Origin: an uncultured bacterium | GTDB taxonomy: Bacteria > Krumholzibacteriota > Krumholzibacteriia > Krumholzibacteriales > Krumholzibacteriaceae | Assembly (NCBI GenBank): GCA_965369375.1 | Contig: CBDUQN010000007.1 | Location: forward strand, 4,993-68,992 | Length of the DNA: 64,000 nt | Direction of reading: 5' to 3' | Part shown: one piece after another, positions 41,535 to 51,833 of the stretch | Position numbering within the stretch: the stretch's first letter is position 1 | Layout of the letters: every line of letters begins with the position of its first letter | The notes under the pieces: model-generated | What the model was told of the DNA's origin: nothing | The model's input: only the letters and a program-made list of their open reading frames with translations | Database searches by the model: none | Translations under genes and position numbers: made by a program

Positions 41535-42158
41535 TCAGTCAGCGCCCTCTTCCTTAGCGGTTCTCTCCTTCTTCACTTCCTCCTCCACATACCCCTCATT
41601 GTCTCTCAGATACACTTTTACGTCTCTCTGTATCTCGACATTCTCGAGTTCAGGGTCACTCAGAAATCCATATCCCGTCAATACGTCGTTCCCACGCGTG
41701 AAGCGAACGAAATCCTCCGTATGGATCCCTCCCAGTTCATTTACCCAAACGAGACTTTCCGTCTCGAGCATATATCCTTCCTGTGAGGTCACAACAACGT
41801 TACCGAGCGCTGTCAGATCCTTCGTTACCTGATTGAACTCGGCCTTATCCGCTGTCAACACAGATGTGAGCTCCCCTCTCTCGCCGAAAAATTCTATCCG
41901 AGGATCGTCCGTTACGAGAAGCTTACGCGCATTATACACCCGTGCGGCGGGAGCCTTCAAAATCCATTTCGTAACGCCGGAGTCACTTTCCATCGTAGTG
42001 AAGTCGGAGAACTCTTGATCGGGCAGGTCACCCGCGCCGAGGGAACCACCGCGCTTCTCGTCGGATCCGCACGACAGGACGGCCGCCATCAGTGGTATGA
42101 TCGCGAGAAAGCAAATGTAACTCAAGCGCTTCGATACGTTATGCTTCAATCCAATCAC
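41535..42158 (-). CDS. lptC: LptC/LptA (OstA-like) family periplasmic LPS transport protein, predicted lipoprotein
   Basis: 207-aa ORF with a signal peptide plus LSCG lipobox; OstA-like size and position immediately upstream of lptB. Confidence 0.55.
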   Translation of the reverse strand: MIGLKHNVSKRLSYICFLAIIPLMAAVLSCGSDEKRGGSLGAGDLPDQEFSDFTTMESDSGVTKWILKAPAARVYNARKLLVTDDPRIEFFGERGELTSVLTADKAEFNQVTKDLTALGNVVVTSQEGYMLETESLVWVNELGGIHTEDFVRFTRGNDVLTGYGFLSDPELENVEIQRDVKVYLRDNEGYVEEEVKKERTAKEEGAD

Positions 42159-42261
42159 CGCGTCGATCCATCCCGTTTCTTTTTAAACGTGACTCATTCA
42201 TCATTTAAATATACAACGCACCTTACCATGTAATATTACACTTGATAGAAAAGAAAGTTAA

Positions 42262-43194
42262 TTAAACCTTGGACGTTTCCTTTCTTTCCGCTTCATCCAC
42301 CGGACGCTCCGGCTTCCTTCTCCAGCGATTGTGAAGCCAAACCCATTGTTGTGGATAGAGCCGTATCAGTTTCTCGATCGCATTCGAGCACGATCTCGTG
42401 AGCTCGTCTATTCTCTCCTGCGACGGTAGATCCGCCGCTGGTTTGTCGAGCTCGGACAGCATCGTTATCCGGTGCTTCCCGTTCGGCTGCATATGTATCG
42501 CCATCGGCACGATGGCCGCTCCGCTTTTCAGCGCAAACGCGGCCGCCCCCCTCGGCGTGTAAGCGGGAACCCCGAAGAAGGGGACAAACACACCGTCGAC
42601 GTCTATGTCCTGATCGGTCAGCATCCCCAGTATTTCGCCTCTCTTGAGGACCTTGTACGCGCTCACGGCGCTCGTTCCGCGCGGGATCGACTCGACGCCG
42701 TGCCGCCGTCTCATCTTCACGAGGATGTCATTGATTTTTCTGTTAGTTACGTCTCTCGCGATAACACTCACCTTATACCCCTTCTCGGAACAGTGGCTGG
42801 CCATGAGCTCCCAGCATCCGATATGACCCGTCAATGCAATAACCCCCGAACCTCGTTCGTACGGAGTCCGAAGATTTTCCTCTCCTTCGATCGTGCACAG
42901 TTCGAGCACTTTTTCTTTCGGAAGGTATATGAGTCTCAGCGCATCGAACGCATTGCGGCCGAGGGCGCTGAACGAGCCTCTCGCCATCGCTCTCACGATC
43001 AACGGATCGCTCCCCGGAAATGCGAGCGCGAGGTTTCCGAGAGCCATTTCGCGATCCTTCCTGTAGAGACGAAACGTGAGGGAACCGAGAGCCGCGAACA
43101 GAGATAAACCGATACGCCTCGGCGTAATTCTCGTCAAAAGAATGAGCAGTTTTACCAGGAGAAGGACAAGTCCTCTTCGAATATTCTTCTTCAC
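42262..43194 (-). CDS. LpxL/HtrB family lipid A (Kdo2-lipid IVA) acyltransferase
   Basis: 310-aa ORF with an N-terminal membrane anchor and the lauroyl acyltransferase-family HIGCWE-like motif. Confidence 0.75.
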   Translation of the reverse strand: MKKNIRRGLVLLLVKLLILLTRITPRRIGLSLFAALGSLTFRLYRKDREMALGNLALAFPGSDPLIVRAMARGSFSALGRNAFDALRLIYLPKEKVLELCTIEGEENLRTPYERGSGVIALTGHIGCWELMASHCSEKGYKVSVIARDVTNRKINDILVKMRRRHGVESIPRGTSAVSAYKVLKRGEILGMLTDQDIDVDGVFVPFFGVPAYTPRGAAAFALKSGAAIVPMAIHMQPNGKHRITMLSELDKPAADLPSQERIDELTRSCSNAIEKLIRLYPQQWVWLHNRWRRKPERPVDEAERKETSKV

Positions 43195-43570
43195 CCTGCA
43201 CCCGACCCGGGGGGATCACAGCCACGCATACCGATCCATCATTCTCCGGCACGGCAGCTGTTGGATTGTATAACTTCTTTAATGACAAGGAATACCCTTG
43301 CTATTGAATCACCTATACCACAACAAAAGTCTTATGTCAAGCAAATGTTATGCCAAATAATTCTTTTAATTCGACCGGCAGCAATTAGCGTCTAGCCCAT
43401 TATCAGTTAAGTAGTTATCAGGATCCTGGCTAAACGTGAGCATCTTTTCAAGCCGGCGCGCCGAGAAATAGGGGAGAATATTTACAATGATGGTATAATT
43501 ATCGTTTCTAAGCGTTTGTGCGAGATGCTGAAACGAGGGCCGCTATTTTTGATCCAAGCGCCATGCCGAA

Positions 43571-44368
43571 ATGAAAGCCACTATCTTCGACATAAAGCGA
43601 TTCGCGATACACGACGGTCCGGGGATCAGGACAACCGTCTTCTTCAAGGGCTGCCCCCTCGAGTGCTGGTGGTGCCACAATCCCGAGGGTCAGAAGCCGG
43701 AACCGGAGATTATGCTCAGACCATGCTACGCTCAGCATGCGGTTGCATCGAATAAACAAGAAATTATTGGCAGGGAAGTGAGCATCGACGACATGATTCG
43801 TGAAATAGAAAAAGAGAGGATTTTTTACGATGAGTCAGGGGGAGGCGTGACCCTGTCGGGGGGCGAGCCACTCATGCAACAGGAATTCGCAAGCTCCCTG
43901 CTCGGCATGTGCAGGGAGCGGGGGATTCATACCGCCATCGATACCTGCGGATATGCGCCGCCGGGGATTTTCAGCGCGATCCGGGACATGACCGACCTCT
44001 TTCTCTATGATCTGAAGATCATCAACGACGAAAAGCACAGAAAATACACCGGGGTGCCGAATCAACTCATTATAGATAATTTGAAAGGGCTGTCCGAGTC
44101 TGGACGGAGCACGTATATTAGATTCACCGTCATCCCGGGAGTGACGGATACGAATAAAAATATCAGCGATGTAATCGAGCTCATTTCGACATTACATAAT
44201 ATCGAAGAAATCGATCTCCTACCGTTCTATAATTACGCGGGAGAAAAGTACAAACGGCTGGGCCGTGAAAATAGAATGGCTGATGTGAAACCGCCGTCCG
44301 CCATGCGACTCGACGAGATCAAGAAGCAATTCGAAAAACACGGATTTGCAGTGAGAATCGGGGGGTAA
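43571..44368 (+). CDS. glycyl-radical enzyme activating protein (PflA-type radical SAM, compact form)
   Basis: 265-aa ORF with GPGIRTTVFFKGCPLECWWCHNPE, SGGGVTLSGGEPL, GIHTAIDTCGY and a C-terminal region similar to E. coli PflA. No additional Cys-rich ferredoxin-like insert. Confidence 0.9.
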   Translation: MKATIFDIKRFAIHDGPGIRTTVFFKGCPLECWWCHNPEGQKPEPEIMLRPCYAQHAVASNKQEIIGREVSIDDMIREIEKERIFYDESGGGVTLSGGEPLMQQEFASSLLGMCRERGIHTAIDTCGYAPPGIFSAIRDMTDLFLYDLKIINDEKHRKYTGVPNQLIIDNLKGLSESGRSTYIRFTVIPGVTDTNKNISDVIELISTLHNIEEIDLLPFYNYAGEKYKRLGRENRMADVKPPSAMRLDEIKKQFEKHGFAVRIGG

Positions 44369-44431
44369 GCCGATACGGGTTGGACGCCGGACAAAATGGG
44401 CCGGATGCAGTATGTTGATCGGGGGTTGGCA

Positions 44432-46795
44432 ATGAACGAGAGGATACAGAGGCTTCGGGAAGAGAGCTTGAATGCGAAACCTTCTATTTCGCCCGAGCGC
44501 GCCGTGCTGCTCACCGAGTTTTACAAGAGTGCCGCCGCGGCGAGGGCTTCCGTGCCGCTCGCGCGCGCACGTGCCCTGAAGTACATCATGGCACGAAAGA
44601 AGCTGTGCCTGAACCGGGGTGAGCTCATCGTCGGAGAACGCGGTCCCGCCCCGAAGGTGACCCCCACCTACCCCGAGATCTGCACACATTCGCTCAAGGA
44701 TCTCGAGATACTCGATTCGAGAGAAAAGGTATCCTTTTCGGTTGATGAAGAAACAAAACGTATCTATCAGGATGAAATCATGCCGTTCTGGGGCGGGCGC
44801 TCCATGAGAGACCGGATCTTTCATTCCATGAGCAGGGAATGGAAGGCAGCCTACGAAGCGGGAGTTTTCACCGAGTTTCAGGAACAGCGGGCCCCCGGCC
44901 ACACCGTGAACGGGGATAAAATTTATCACAAGGGTTTTCTCGATCTTAAAAAAGAGATCCGCGAAAGTATAAGAAAGCTCGATTACTTTAATGATCCGCA
45001 TGCACTCGACAAGCGCGAAGAGCTCGAGGCGATGGCCGTGGCGACGGACGCCCTGATACACTATGCGAAGCGGTACGCGAAGCTCCTGAAACGGGAAGCG
45101 GAGAGAGAAGATGACGGCGCGCGGAGAACCGAGCTAGAAACGATGGCCGGTATCTGCGAGCGGGTCCCCGCTCGCTGCCCTCGAACCTTCTGGGAAGCCC
45201 TCCAGTACTACTGGTTCGTTCATGTCGGCGTGATCACCGAATTCAACACGTGGGACTCTTTCAATCCCGGCCGCATCGATCAGCACCTCTATCCGTTCTA
45301 CAGAAGAGAGATCGATGCTGGAAGCCTGACGAGAGACCGGGCGAGGGAATTGCTGCAATCATTCTGGATCAAATTCAACAACCAGCCCGCGCCTCCGAAG
45401 GTCGGCGTGACGGCCCTCGAGAGCAATACATACACAGATTTTTGTCTGATAAATCTCGGCGGGCTAACCGTTGACGGCGCCGATGCCGTCAACGAACTCT
45501 CATATCTCATTCTCGATGTCATCGAGGAAATGAGAATCCTGCAGCCGAGCTCGATGGTGCAGATCAGCAAAATGAATCCCGACCGTTTCATAGACCGCGC
45601 CCTCGAGATCATCAGAACCGGTTTCGGACAGCCCTCGGTATTCAATACCGACGCCATCATTCAGGAGCTCGTGAGACAGGGCAAAACGATCGAAGATGCG
45701 CGCCTCGGAGGCGCGAGCGGGTGTGTCGAATCGGGCGCATTCGGCCGTGAAGCCTACTTCCTCTCCGGCTACTTCAACCTGCCGAAGATACTCGAGGTCA
45801 CCTTGAACAACGGCGCGGATCCGGAAACGGGCAAGCGGATTGGTCCCAAGACGGGCAAGGCGGAGAGCTTCGAACGGTTCGAAGACCTGCTCGCCGCATT
45901 CGAAAAACAGGTGGCCTATTTCGTCGATGTCAAGATCAGGGGAAACAACATCATAGAACGCCTCTACGCCAGACACATGCCGGCGCCCTTCTTGTCGCTA
46001 TTCATCGACGACTGCATCAAAACAGGGAAGGATTACCACGACGGAGGAGCGAGGTACAACACGTCTTACATTCAGGGAGTGGGACTCGGAAGCGTGACCG
46101 ATTCATTCGCGTCGATCCGATACAACGTCTATGATGAAAAACACGTGACGATGAAAAAACTGCTCGCGGTATTGAAAGCGGACTTCGAAAGGCACGAATC
46201 GATCCGCGAACGATTTCTCGACGATACGCCGAAGTACGGAAACGACGAAGACTACGCCGATGCTATAGCGCGGGACGTGTTCGAGATTTACTACGGCGCG
46301 GTAAACGGAAGACCCAACACTAGGGGCGGGCACCACCGGATCAACCTGCTGCCCACAACAGTTCATGTCTACTTCGGCAGCGTTATCGGAGCGCTTCCCG
46401 ACGGCCGCAAAGCGCACGAACCGCTCTCGGAAGGCATCTCCCCCGTGCAGGGGGCCGACCGTAAGGGGCCGACGGCGGTGATCAAGTCGGCTTCGAAGAT
46501 CGATCACATCCGAACCGGAGGAACGCTGCTCAATCAGAAGTTCACGCCCGACATCCTCAGCGACAAGACGGGATTGACAAAGCTCCGCCACCTCATTCGC
46601 GCCTACTTCAAGATGGACGGCCATCACATACAGTTCAATGTCGTCGACGCCGAAACGTTGCGGAAGGCGCAGCGGAATCCGGAGAAATATCGTGACCTCA
46701 TAGTGCGGGTCGCCGGCTACAGCGATTACTTCGTCGATCTGGGAATCGATCTCCAGAATGAGATCATCAGGAGAACGGAGCACGGAGCGGTATAA
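44432..46795 (+). CDS. glycyl radical enzyme, PFL2/glycerol-dehydratase family (substrate unknown)
   Basis: Collinear with C. butyricum DhaB1-type GREs: ERIQRLREESLNAKPSISPERAVLLTEFYK, a GCVE active-site loop, and the glycyl-radical motif RVAGYS near the C-terminus. The GGGGG Shine-Dalgarno favours the ATG at 44432; the track ORF begins at 44396. Confidence 0.9.
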   Translation: MNERIQRLREESLNAKPSISPERAVLLTEFYKSAAAARASVPLARARALKYIMARKKLCLNRGELIVGERGPAPKVTPTYPEICTHSLKDLEILDSREKVSFSVDEETKRIYQDEIMPFWGGRSMRDRIFHSMSREWKAAYEAGVFTEFQEQRAPGHTVNGDKIYHKGFLDLKKEIRESIRKLDYFNDPHALDKREELEAMAVATDALIHYAKRYAKLLKREAEREDDGARRTELETMAGICERVPARCPRTFWEALQYYWFVHVGVITEFNTWDSFNPGRIDQHLYPFYRREIDAGSLTRDRARELLQSFWIKFNNQPAPPKVGVTALESNTYTDFCLINLGGLTVDGADAVNELSYLILDVIEEMRILQPSSMVQISKMNPDRFIDRALEIIRTGFGQPSVFNTDAIIQELVRQGKTIEDARLGGASGCVESGAFGREAYFLSGYFNLPKILEVTLNNGADPETGKRIGPKTGKAESFERFEDLLAAFEKQVAYFVDVKIRGNNIIERLYARHMPAPFLSLFIDDCIKTGKDYHDGGARYNTSYIQGVGLGSVTDSFASIRYNVYDEKHVTMKKLLAVLKADFERHESIRERFLDDTPKYGNDEDYADAIARDVFEIYYGAVNGRPNTRGGHHRINLLPTTVHVYFGSVIGALPDGRKAHEPLSEGISPVQGADRKGPTAVIKSASKIDHIRTGGTLLNQKFTPDILSDKTGLTKLRHLIRAYFKMDGHHIQFNVVDAETLRKAQRNPEKYRDLIVRVAGYSDYFVDLGIDLQNEIIRRTEHGAV

Positions 46796-46852
46796 AGAGA
46801 TGATCAGAAGAATTTTGCACAGGGCGGGAGAGCGGGTCAGGCGGGAGACTTC

Positions 46853-47818
46853 CTACTTCAATCCCTCACGGACAATATCATGGATATGAATGACGCCTAC
46901 CGGCCGCCCGTTCGAATCGAGGACGAAGAGCTGGGTAATCGCCCCCTTGGGATTCATCTCCATCTGCTCGAGGGCATCTGTCGCGAGAACGTCAGATCTC
47001 GTCGTGCACGGGGAGCTCGTCATCACCTCTGAAACCTTCAGCTCGAGAGCCTGGGGATTATTGAGCAGTATCCGCTTCAGGTCGCCGTCTGTGACGATCC
47101 CGACGAGCCGTCCCTGGTCATCGGTTATTCCCGTGCATCCCAGCCGCTTGTTGACGATCTCGAAAAGGGCTTCCCGCAGCGTCGTCTGCGTCGAGACAAC
47201 CGGCACGGCTGCACCATCGTGCATGAGCTCGCCGACGGTAAGCAGCAATTTCTTGCCGAGGAGACCGCTCGGATGAAGCTTCGCGAAATCCTCCTTGCCG
47301 AAATTCCTGCTGCGAAGCGCCGCAACGGCGAGCGCGTCTCCGAGCACCATTGCCGCCGTGGTGCTCGTCGTCGGGACGACATCCATCGGGCATGCCTCTT
47401 TCCCCGCGTTCGTATGCAGGACAATATCGCTCTCCGCCGCGAGCGGCGAATCCCGACTCACAGTAATCGAGATCATCTTTACCTTCATCGCTTTCAGGTG
47501 GGGCAGAAGCTTCGATATCTCCTCGCTGCTCCCGCTCTTGCTCACCGCGAGAAAGATATCCTTCCCCGTGACCATCCCCATATCACCATGACCGGCTTCG
47601 ACGGGATGAAGGTATACGGAGGGTGTTCCCGTGCTGCTGAGCGTGGCGGCGATCTTCCTCGCCACGATCCCGGATTTTCCGATGCCGCAGACGATGACCT
47701 TTCCCCGGCAGCCGAGCAGTAACTTCACGGCCCGCTCGAACTCCTTGCCGATCCCCCTCTCGAGCAATTTCAGTCCCTCTATCTCCGTCGAAACGACCTC
47801 CCGGCCGAGCTCGGCCAT
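46853..47818 (-). CDS. kdsD: arabinose-5-phosphate isomerase (KpsF/GutQ family; SIS + tandem CBS)
   Basis: SIS motif VIVCGIGKSG and C-terminal CBS pair; start trimmed to MAELGREVV (ATG at 47816-47818). Confidence 0.85.
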   Translation of the reverse strand: MAELGREVVSTEIEGLKLLERGIGKEFERAVKLLLGCRGKVIVCGIGKSGIVARKIAATLSSTGTPSVYLHPVEAGHGDMGMVTGKDIFLAVSKSGSSEEISKLLPHLKAMKVKMISITVSRDSPLAAESDIVLHTNAGKEACPMDVVPTTSTTAAMVLGDALAVAALRSRNFGKEDFAKLHPSGLLGKKLLLTVGELMHDGAAVPVVSTQTTLREALFEIVNKRLGCTGITDDQGRLVGIVTDGDLKRILLNNPQALELKVSEVMTSSPCTTRSDVLATDALEQMEMNPKGAITQLFVLDSNGRPVGVIHIHDIVREGLK

Positions 47819-47941
47819 GTCGCGCTTCGGGGATGTCTTTGAGGCGTTTTTCGATTTACCCTTGTTTTTACTCTCAATAGTCATAACAACGCTCGCAGTG
47901 TCCTTGCGTTTCTTTCCGGCCATTATATCACCTTTACGCGT

Positions 47942-48766
47942 TCACGCGAAGCTCTTGACAAGCCGGTATATCCCGGCCGTCTCCGCAAGAAGGGCCGGCA
48001 GTTCCTCGAACGGCATCATGGCTTCCGCGTCGCAACCGCACGAGAGGGGCTCGAAGTGCGTCTCGACAAAGAACCCGTCACATCCCGCCGCCGCAGCAGA
48101 TCGCGCCAGCAGCCTGACGAATCCGGGTCTGCCGCCGCTCTTGTTCCCGAGCCCGCCGGGGAGCTGAAGTGAATGGGTCGCATCGAAGATGAGCGGCACC
48201 CCGAAGGACCTCATCCGCGGAAAGCTCGTGAAGTCCACCACGAGATTGTTGTAGCCGAAAAACGTGCCCCGTTCGGTCACCATAACTCCGGCGGCTCCGT
48301 TGCGCTCGGCCTTCTCGACGGCGAGGCCCATCTCCTCGGGTGAGAGAAACTGCCCCTTCTTGAGATTGATCACCCTGCCGGTGCGCGCCGCGGCGACGAT
48401 CAAGCTCGTCTGTCTGCAGAGAAACGCCGGAATCTGCAGGCAGTCACATACCTGCGCCGCGCGAGAGACGTCGCCGGCGCCGTGGATGTCGGTCAACAGT
48501 GGAACACCCGCCCTTTCGCCGATGCGCGCAAGCATCTCGAGTCCCTTATCGATTCCCGGACCGGCATACGAATCGATCGACGAACGATTGTCCTTTAAAT
48601 AGCTCGATTTGAATATGTAATAAAATCCTGCATGCGCGGCCGCTTCGGCGCATCTTTTCGCGAGCTCGAGAGCCGTTTCCTCGTCCTCGAGAACGCATGG
48701 ACCGGCGATGAGCAGAGGAGTTTTATTCAAGTCAATAGTATTTTTTCTGATAATCAGATTTTTCAT
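47942..48766 (-). CDS. kdsA: 3-deoxy-8-phosphooctulonate (KDO8P) synthase
   Basis: DAHP/KDO8P synthase fold motifs (LIAGPCVLE, FKSSYLKDNR, GVMVTERG); start trimmed to MKNLII. Confidence 0.85.
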   Translation of the reverse strand: MKNLIIRKNTIDLNKTPLLIAGPCVLEDEETALELAKRCAEAAAHAGFYYIFKSSYLKDNRSSIDSYAGPGIDKGLEMLARIGERAGVPLLTDIHGAGDVSRAAQVCDCLQIPAFLCRQTSLIVAAARTGRVINLKKGQFLSPEEMGLAVEKAERNGAAGVMVTERGTFFGYNNLVVDFTSFPRMRSFGVPLIFDATHSLQLPGGLGNKSGGRPGFVRLLARSAAAAGCDGFFVETHFEPLSCGCDAEAMMPFEELPALLAETAGIYRLVKSFA

Positions 48767-48779
48767 CGCCGAATCCCCA

Positions 48780-50438
48780 TTATCCGTCACTCTGTACCGC
48801 GGTGGAGGCGTTCTGCTCCTCGTCGCGCGCCCGTTTACGAATCAGGGCCGCGGCAACCAATCCCTTGAAAAGCGGGTGGGCTCTCTGGGGACGCGATTTG
48901 AATTCGGGGTGGAACTGTGAGGCGATAAAGAATGGGTGCGACGGGATCTCCACGATCTCGACGAGATTTCCGTCCGGGGAGAGCCCGGAGATCGCAAGAC
49001 CGTTCTCCTCGAGCGTATCCCGATACTCGTTGTTGACCTCCCAGCGATGGCGGTGCCGCTCCGCTATCTCCAGAGAATCGTAAAGCCGGTGGGCGAGCGA
49101 GCCATCCTTGATAGTGCAGGGGTAGGAACCGAGTCTCATCGTCCCTCCCATCTTGGAACGGCTCCGCTGGGCAAGCATGAGATCGATGACGGGGTGGGAA
49201 ACATCCTTCTCGAATTCGGAACTGCCCGCTTCGAGGCCGCAGACGCTTCGCGCGAACTCGATAACGGCACACTGTAGACCGAGACAGATCCCGAAGAAGG
49301 GAATGCTGTTCTCCCGGGCGTAGCGGACCGTCTTGATCTTTCCCTCGATCCCCCTGTCACCGAATCCGCCGGGCACGAGAACCCCGTCCACATCCTTGAG
49401 GTAGGGCTCGGCTCCCTTCTCTTCGACCTTTTCCGTGTCGACATACCGGACGTTTACTTTCACATTGTTCGCCACGCCCGCATGAGTGAAGGATTCCATG
49501 ATGCTTTTATATGCATCGAAGAGATGAACGTACTTTCCACATATTGCAATATCGACGCTCTCCGTCATCGAATATATCTTGTGAACCATTTTCTCCCACT
49601 CGGCGAGGTCCGGGGGAAGAGAGGCGATGCCGAGCTTCTCGACGATGATATCGTCGAGCCCCTCTTTTCGCAACTCGAGGGGTACCTGGTATATCGAATC
49701 TACGTCCAGCGCCGCGATGACCGCGCGTTGTTCGACATTGCAGAAGAGGGCTATCTTGCTCCGAATCTCTTTGTTGAGCTGCTGTTCGGTCCGGCAGAGG
49801 AGGATATCGGGCTGGATCCCGATCTCGCGCAGGCCCTTCACACTGTGCTGGGTCGGCTTCGTCTTGAGCTCGCGCGCCACACGTATGATGGGAACGAGCG
49901 TGAGATGAATAAAGAGGCTGTTTTCCCTCCCGACATCGAGGCGAATCTGTCGCACCGCCTCGAGGAACGGAAGTCCCTCGATATCACCCGTTGTTCCACC
50001 GATCTCTGTTATGACGACATCAACGTCGTTGCCGTTCTCCGCTGCGAAGCGGATCCGGCTCTTTATCTCATCGGTGATATGCGGCACGACCTGGACGGTG
50101 CGTCCGAGGTACCCTCCCTCCCGCTCGCGGTTTATCACCGCCTCGTATATCTGGCCGGTGGTCACGTTCGAGCGCTGGCCGAGGTTGCGGTCTATGAAGC
50201 GCTCGTAGTGTCCGAGGTCGAGATCAGTCTCGGCGCCGTCGTCGGTGACGAAAACCTCACCGTGCTGAAAGGGACTCATCGTTCCGGGATCGACATTGAG
50301 GTAGGGATCGAATTTCTGAAGGACTACATTGAGACCGCGTTGCTTGAGAAGAAGGCCGATCGATGAAGAGGCGATACCTTTGCCCAGAGATGAAACCACA
50401 CCACCCGTTATAAAAATGTATTTGGTCTTCTCGCTCAA
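48780..50438 (-). CDS. pyrG: CTP synthase
   Basis: N-terminal [16 protein letters not shown] and a C-terminal glutamine amidotransferase domain (GICLGLQ); probable TTG start at 50436-50438, giving MSEKTKYIF. Confidence 0.9.
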   Translation of the reverse strand: MSEKTKYIFITGGVVSSLGKGIASSSIGLLLKQRGLNVVLQKFDPYLNVDPGTMSPFQHGEVFVTDDGAETDLDLGHYERFIDRNLGQRSNVTTGQIYEAVINREREGGYLGRTVQVVPHITDEIKSRIRFAAENGNDVDVVITEIGGTTGDIEGLPFLEAVRQIRLDVGRENSLFIHLTLVPIIRVARELKTKPTQHSVKGLREIGIQPDILLCRTEQQLNKEIRSKIALFCNVEQRAVIAALDVDSIYQVPLELRKEGLDDIIVEKLGIASLPPDLAEWEKMVHKIYSMTESVDIAICGKYVHLFDAYKSIMESFTHAGVANNVKVNVRYVDTEKVEEKGAEPYLKDVDGVLVPGGFGDRGIEGKIKTVRYARENSIPFFGICLGLQCAVIEFARSVCGLEAGSSEFEKDVSHPVIDLMLAQRSRSKMGGTMRLGSYPCTIKDGSLAHRLYDSLEIAERHRHRWEVNNEYRDTLEENGLAISGLSPDGNLVEIVEIPSHPFFIASQFHPEFKSRPQRAHPLFKGLVAAALIRKRARDEEQNASTAVQSDG

Positions 50439-50495
50439 TCTTCCCTTTCGAAATCTTTGGGGGAGCCCCGAAGAGCGAATCAAACTCCCATCAAT

Positions 50496-51218
50496 CTACT
50501 TTCTTTGGATTTTTTTTTCAACTCTTTTTATGTCGCCCGGAGTATCGACCCCTGCCGCGGCGGTCCGGCATGTTACAACGCGAATCATGTGGCCGTTTTC
50601 GAGGACTCTGAGCTGCTCGAGGGACTCACGTTTCTCGAGGGGGCCCCTGCGGAGTGAACCTAGCCCAAGCAGAAACGAGCGCCGGTAAGCATAAACACCG
50701 ATATGTCTGAGAACGCTTCCTTCGCCGCCCGGGATGGGCGCGCGGGAAAAATAGAGGGCGTTACCGTCGAGATCTGTGACGACCTTCACCACATCCCGCC
50801 TGCCCGCTTCCGCCCGATCGGCGCACGGGGAGGCAAGCGTTCCCATGGGCACCGAAGGATTCGACTGCATCATCTCGATCAACCGCTCAACACCGCGTTT
50901 CGGCAAGAGCGGTTCGTCACCCTGAATATTCACGACGATACCGTGCCGGTGCCCGGCGGCCACTTCGCAAACGCGGGCGGTGCCGGTTCCGTGACGCTTC
51001 GAAGTCATGAGAGCGGTTCCCCCGTCATTTACGACGACGTCGAATATTCTCCTGTCGTCGGTGGCCACAACCACCCCGTCCACGCCCCTGAGCTTTGCCG
51101 CCCGCCTGTATACATGCAGTATCATCGGGAGCCCGGCGATCAGGGCCAGCGGCTTTCCCGGAAATCTCGTCGAAGCGTAGCGAGCCGGGATAACAACGAG
51201 AACCTTCGAACGCGGCAA
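50496..51218 (-). CDS. kdsB: 3-deoxy-manno-octulosonate cytidylyltransferase (CMP-KDO synthetase)
   Basis: 240-aa ORF with VIPARYASTRFPGKPL. Confidence 0.85.
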   Translation of the reverse strand: MPRSKVLVVIPARYASTRFPGKPLALIAGLPMILHVYRRAAKLRGVDGVVVATDDRRIFDVVVNDGGTALMTSKRHGTGTARVCEVAAGHRHGIVVNIQGDEPLLPKRGVERLIEMMQSNPSVPMGTLASPCADRAEAGRRDVVKVVTDLDGNALYFSRAPIPGGEGSVLRHIGVYAYRRSFLLGLGSLRRGPLEKRESLEQLRVLENGHMIRVVTCRTAAAGVDTPGDIKRVEKKIQRK

Positions 51219-51244
51219 CAGTCACCTCATTTCCGTACCCGAGT

Positions 51245-51796
51245 TCAACGTGCGTATTTCTTTTGTCCCTCTTTATATACGTTACCGCCGGCGCAGTCCT
51301 GCGCGACGATGAGCGGGAAATCCTTCACCTCGAGCTTTCGAATCGCTTCGGCTCCGAGATCTTCATAGGCGATGACCTCGGCGCTTACGATGCTCTTTGA
51401 GATGAGCGCTGCGGCGCCGCCCGTTGCGGCGAAGTATACCGCTCCATGCTTCCTCATCGCCTCTACGACAGGCTCCGAACGCTCCCCCTTACCGATCATG
51501 CCCCTGAGCCCGTTCTCGATCAGCGCCGGCGAATAGGGATCCATCCGGTAGCTCGTCGTCGGGCCCGCCGAACCGATCGCCTTTCCCGGCGGCGTCGGCG
51601 CGGGTCCCACGTAATAAATAATCTGGCCGTCGAGCGGCATCGGGAGATCCTTGCCGGCCTCAAGCAGATCGACGAGCCGTTTATGAGCGGCGTCCCGTGC
51701 CGTATATATAACACCCGTCAACTTTACCGTATCACCGGATTTCAGTTCCTTGACCACATCTTCGCTGAGCGGGGTGGTTACACTGTGTTCTGCCAT
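51245..51796 (-). CDS. class I Fe-S hydro-lyase (fumarate hydratase / L(+)-tartrate dehydratase) beta subunit
   Basis: 183-aa FumA C-terminal-domain homolog. Confidence 0.8.
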   Translation of the reverse strand: MAEHSVTTPLSEDVVKELKSGDTVKLTGVIYTARDAAHKRLVDLLEAGKDLPMPLDGQIIYYVGPAPTPPGKAIGSAGPTTSYRMDPYSPALIENGLRGMIGKGERSEPVVEAMRKHGAVYFAATGGAAALISKSIVSAEVIAYEDLGAEAIRKLEVKDFPLIVAQDCAGGNVYKEGQKKYAR

Positions 51797-51833
51797 GTTT
51801 TACCTGCCTGAATAAATATTTATTAACGTCAAA

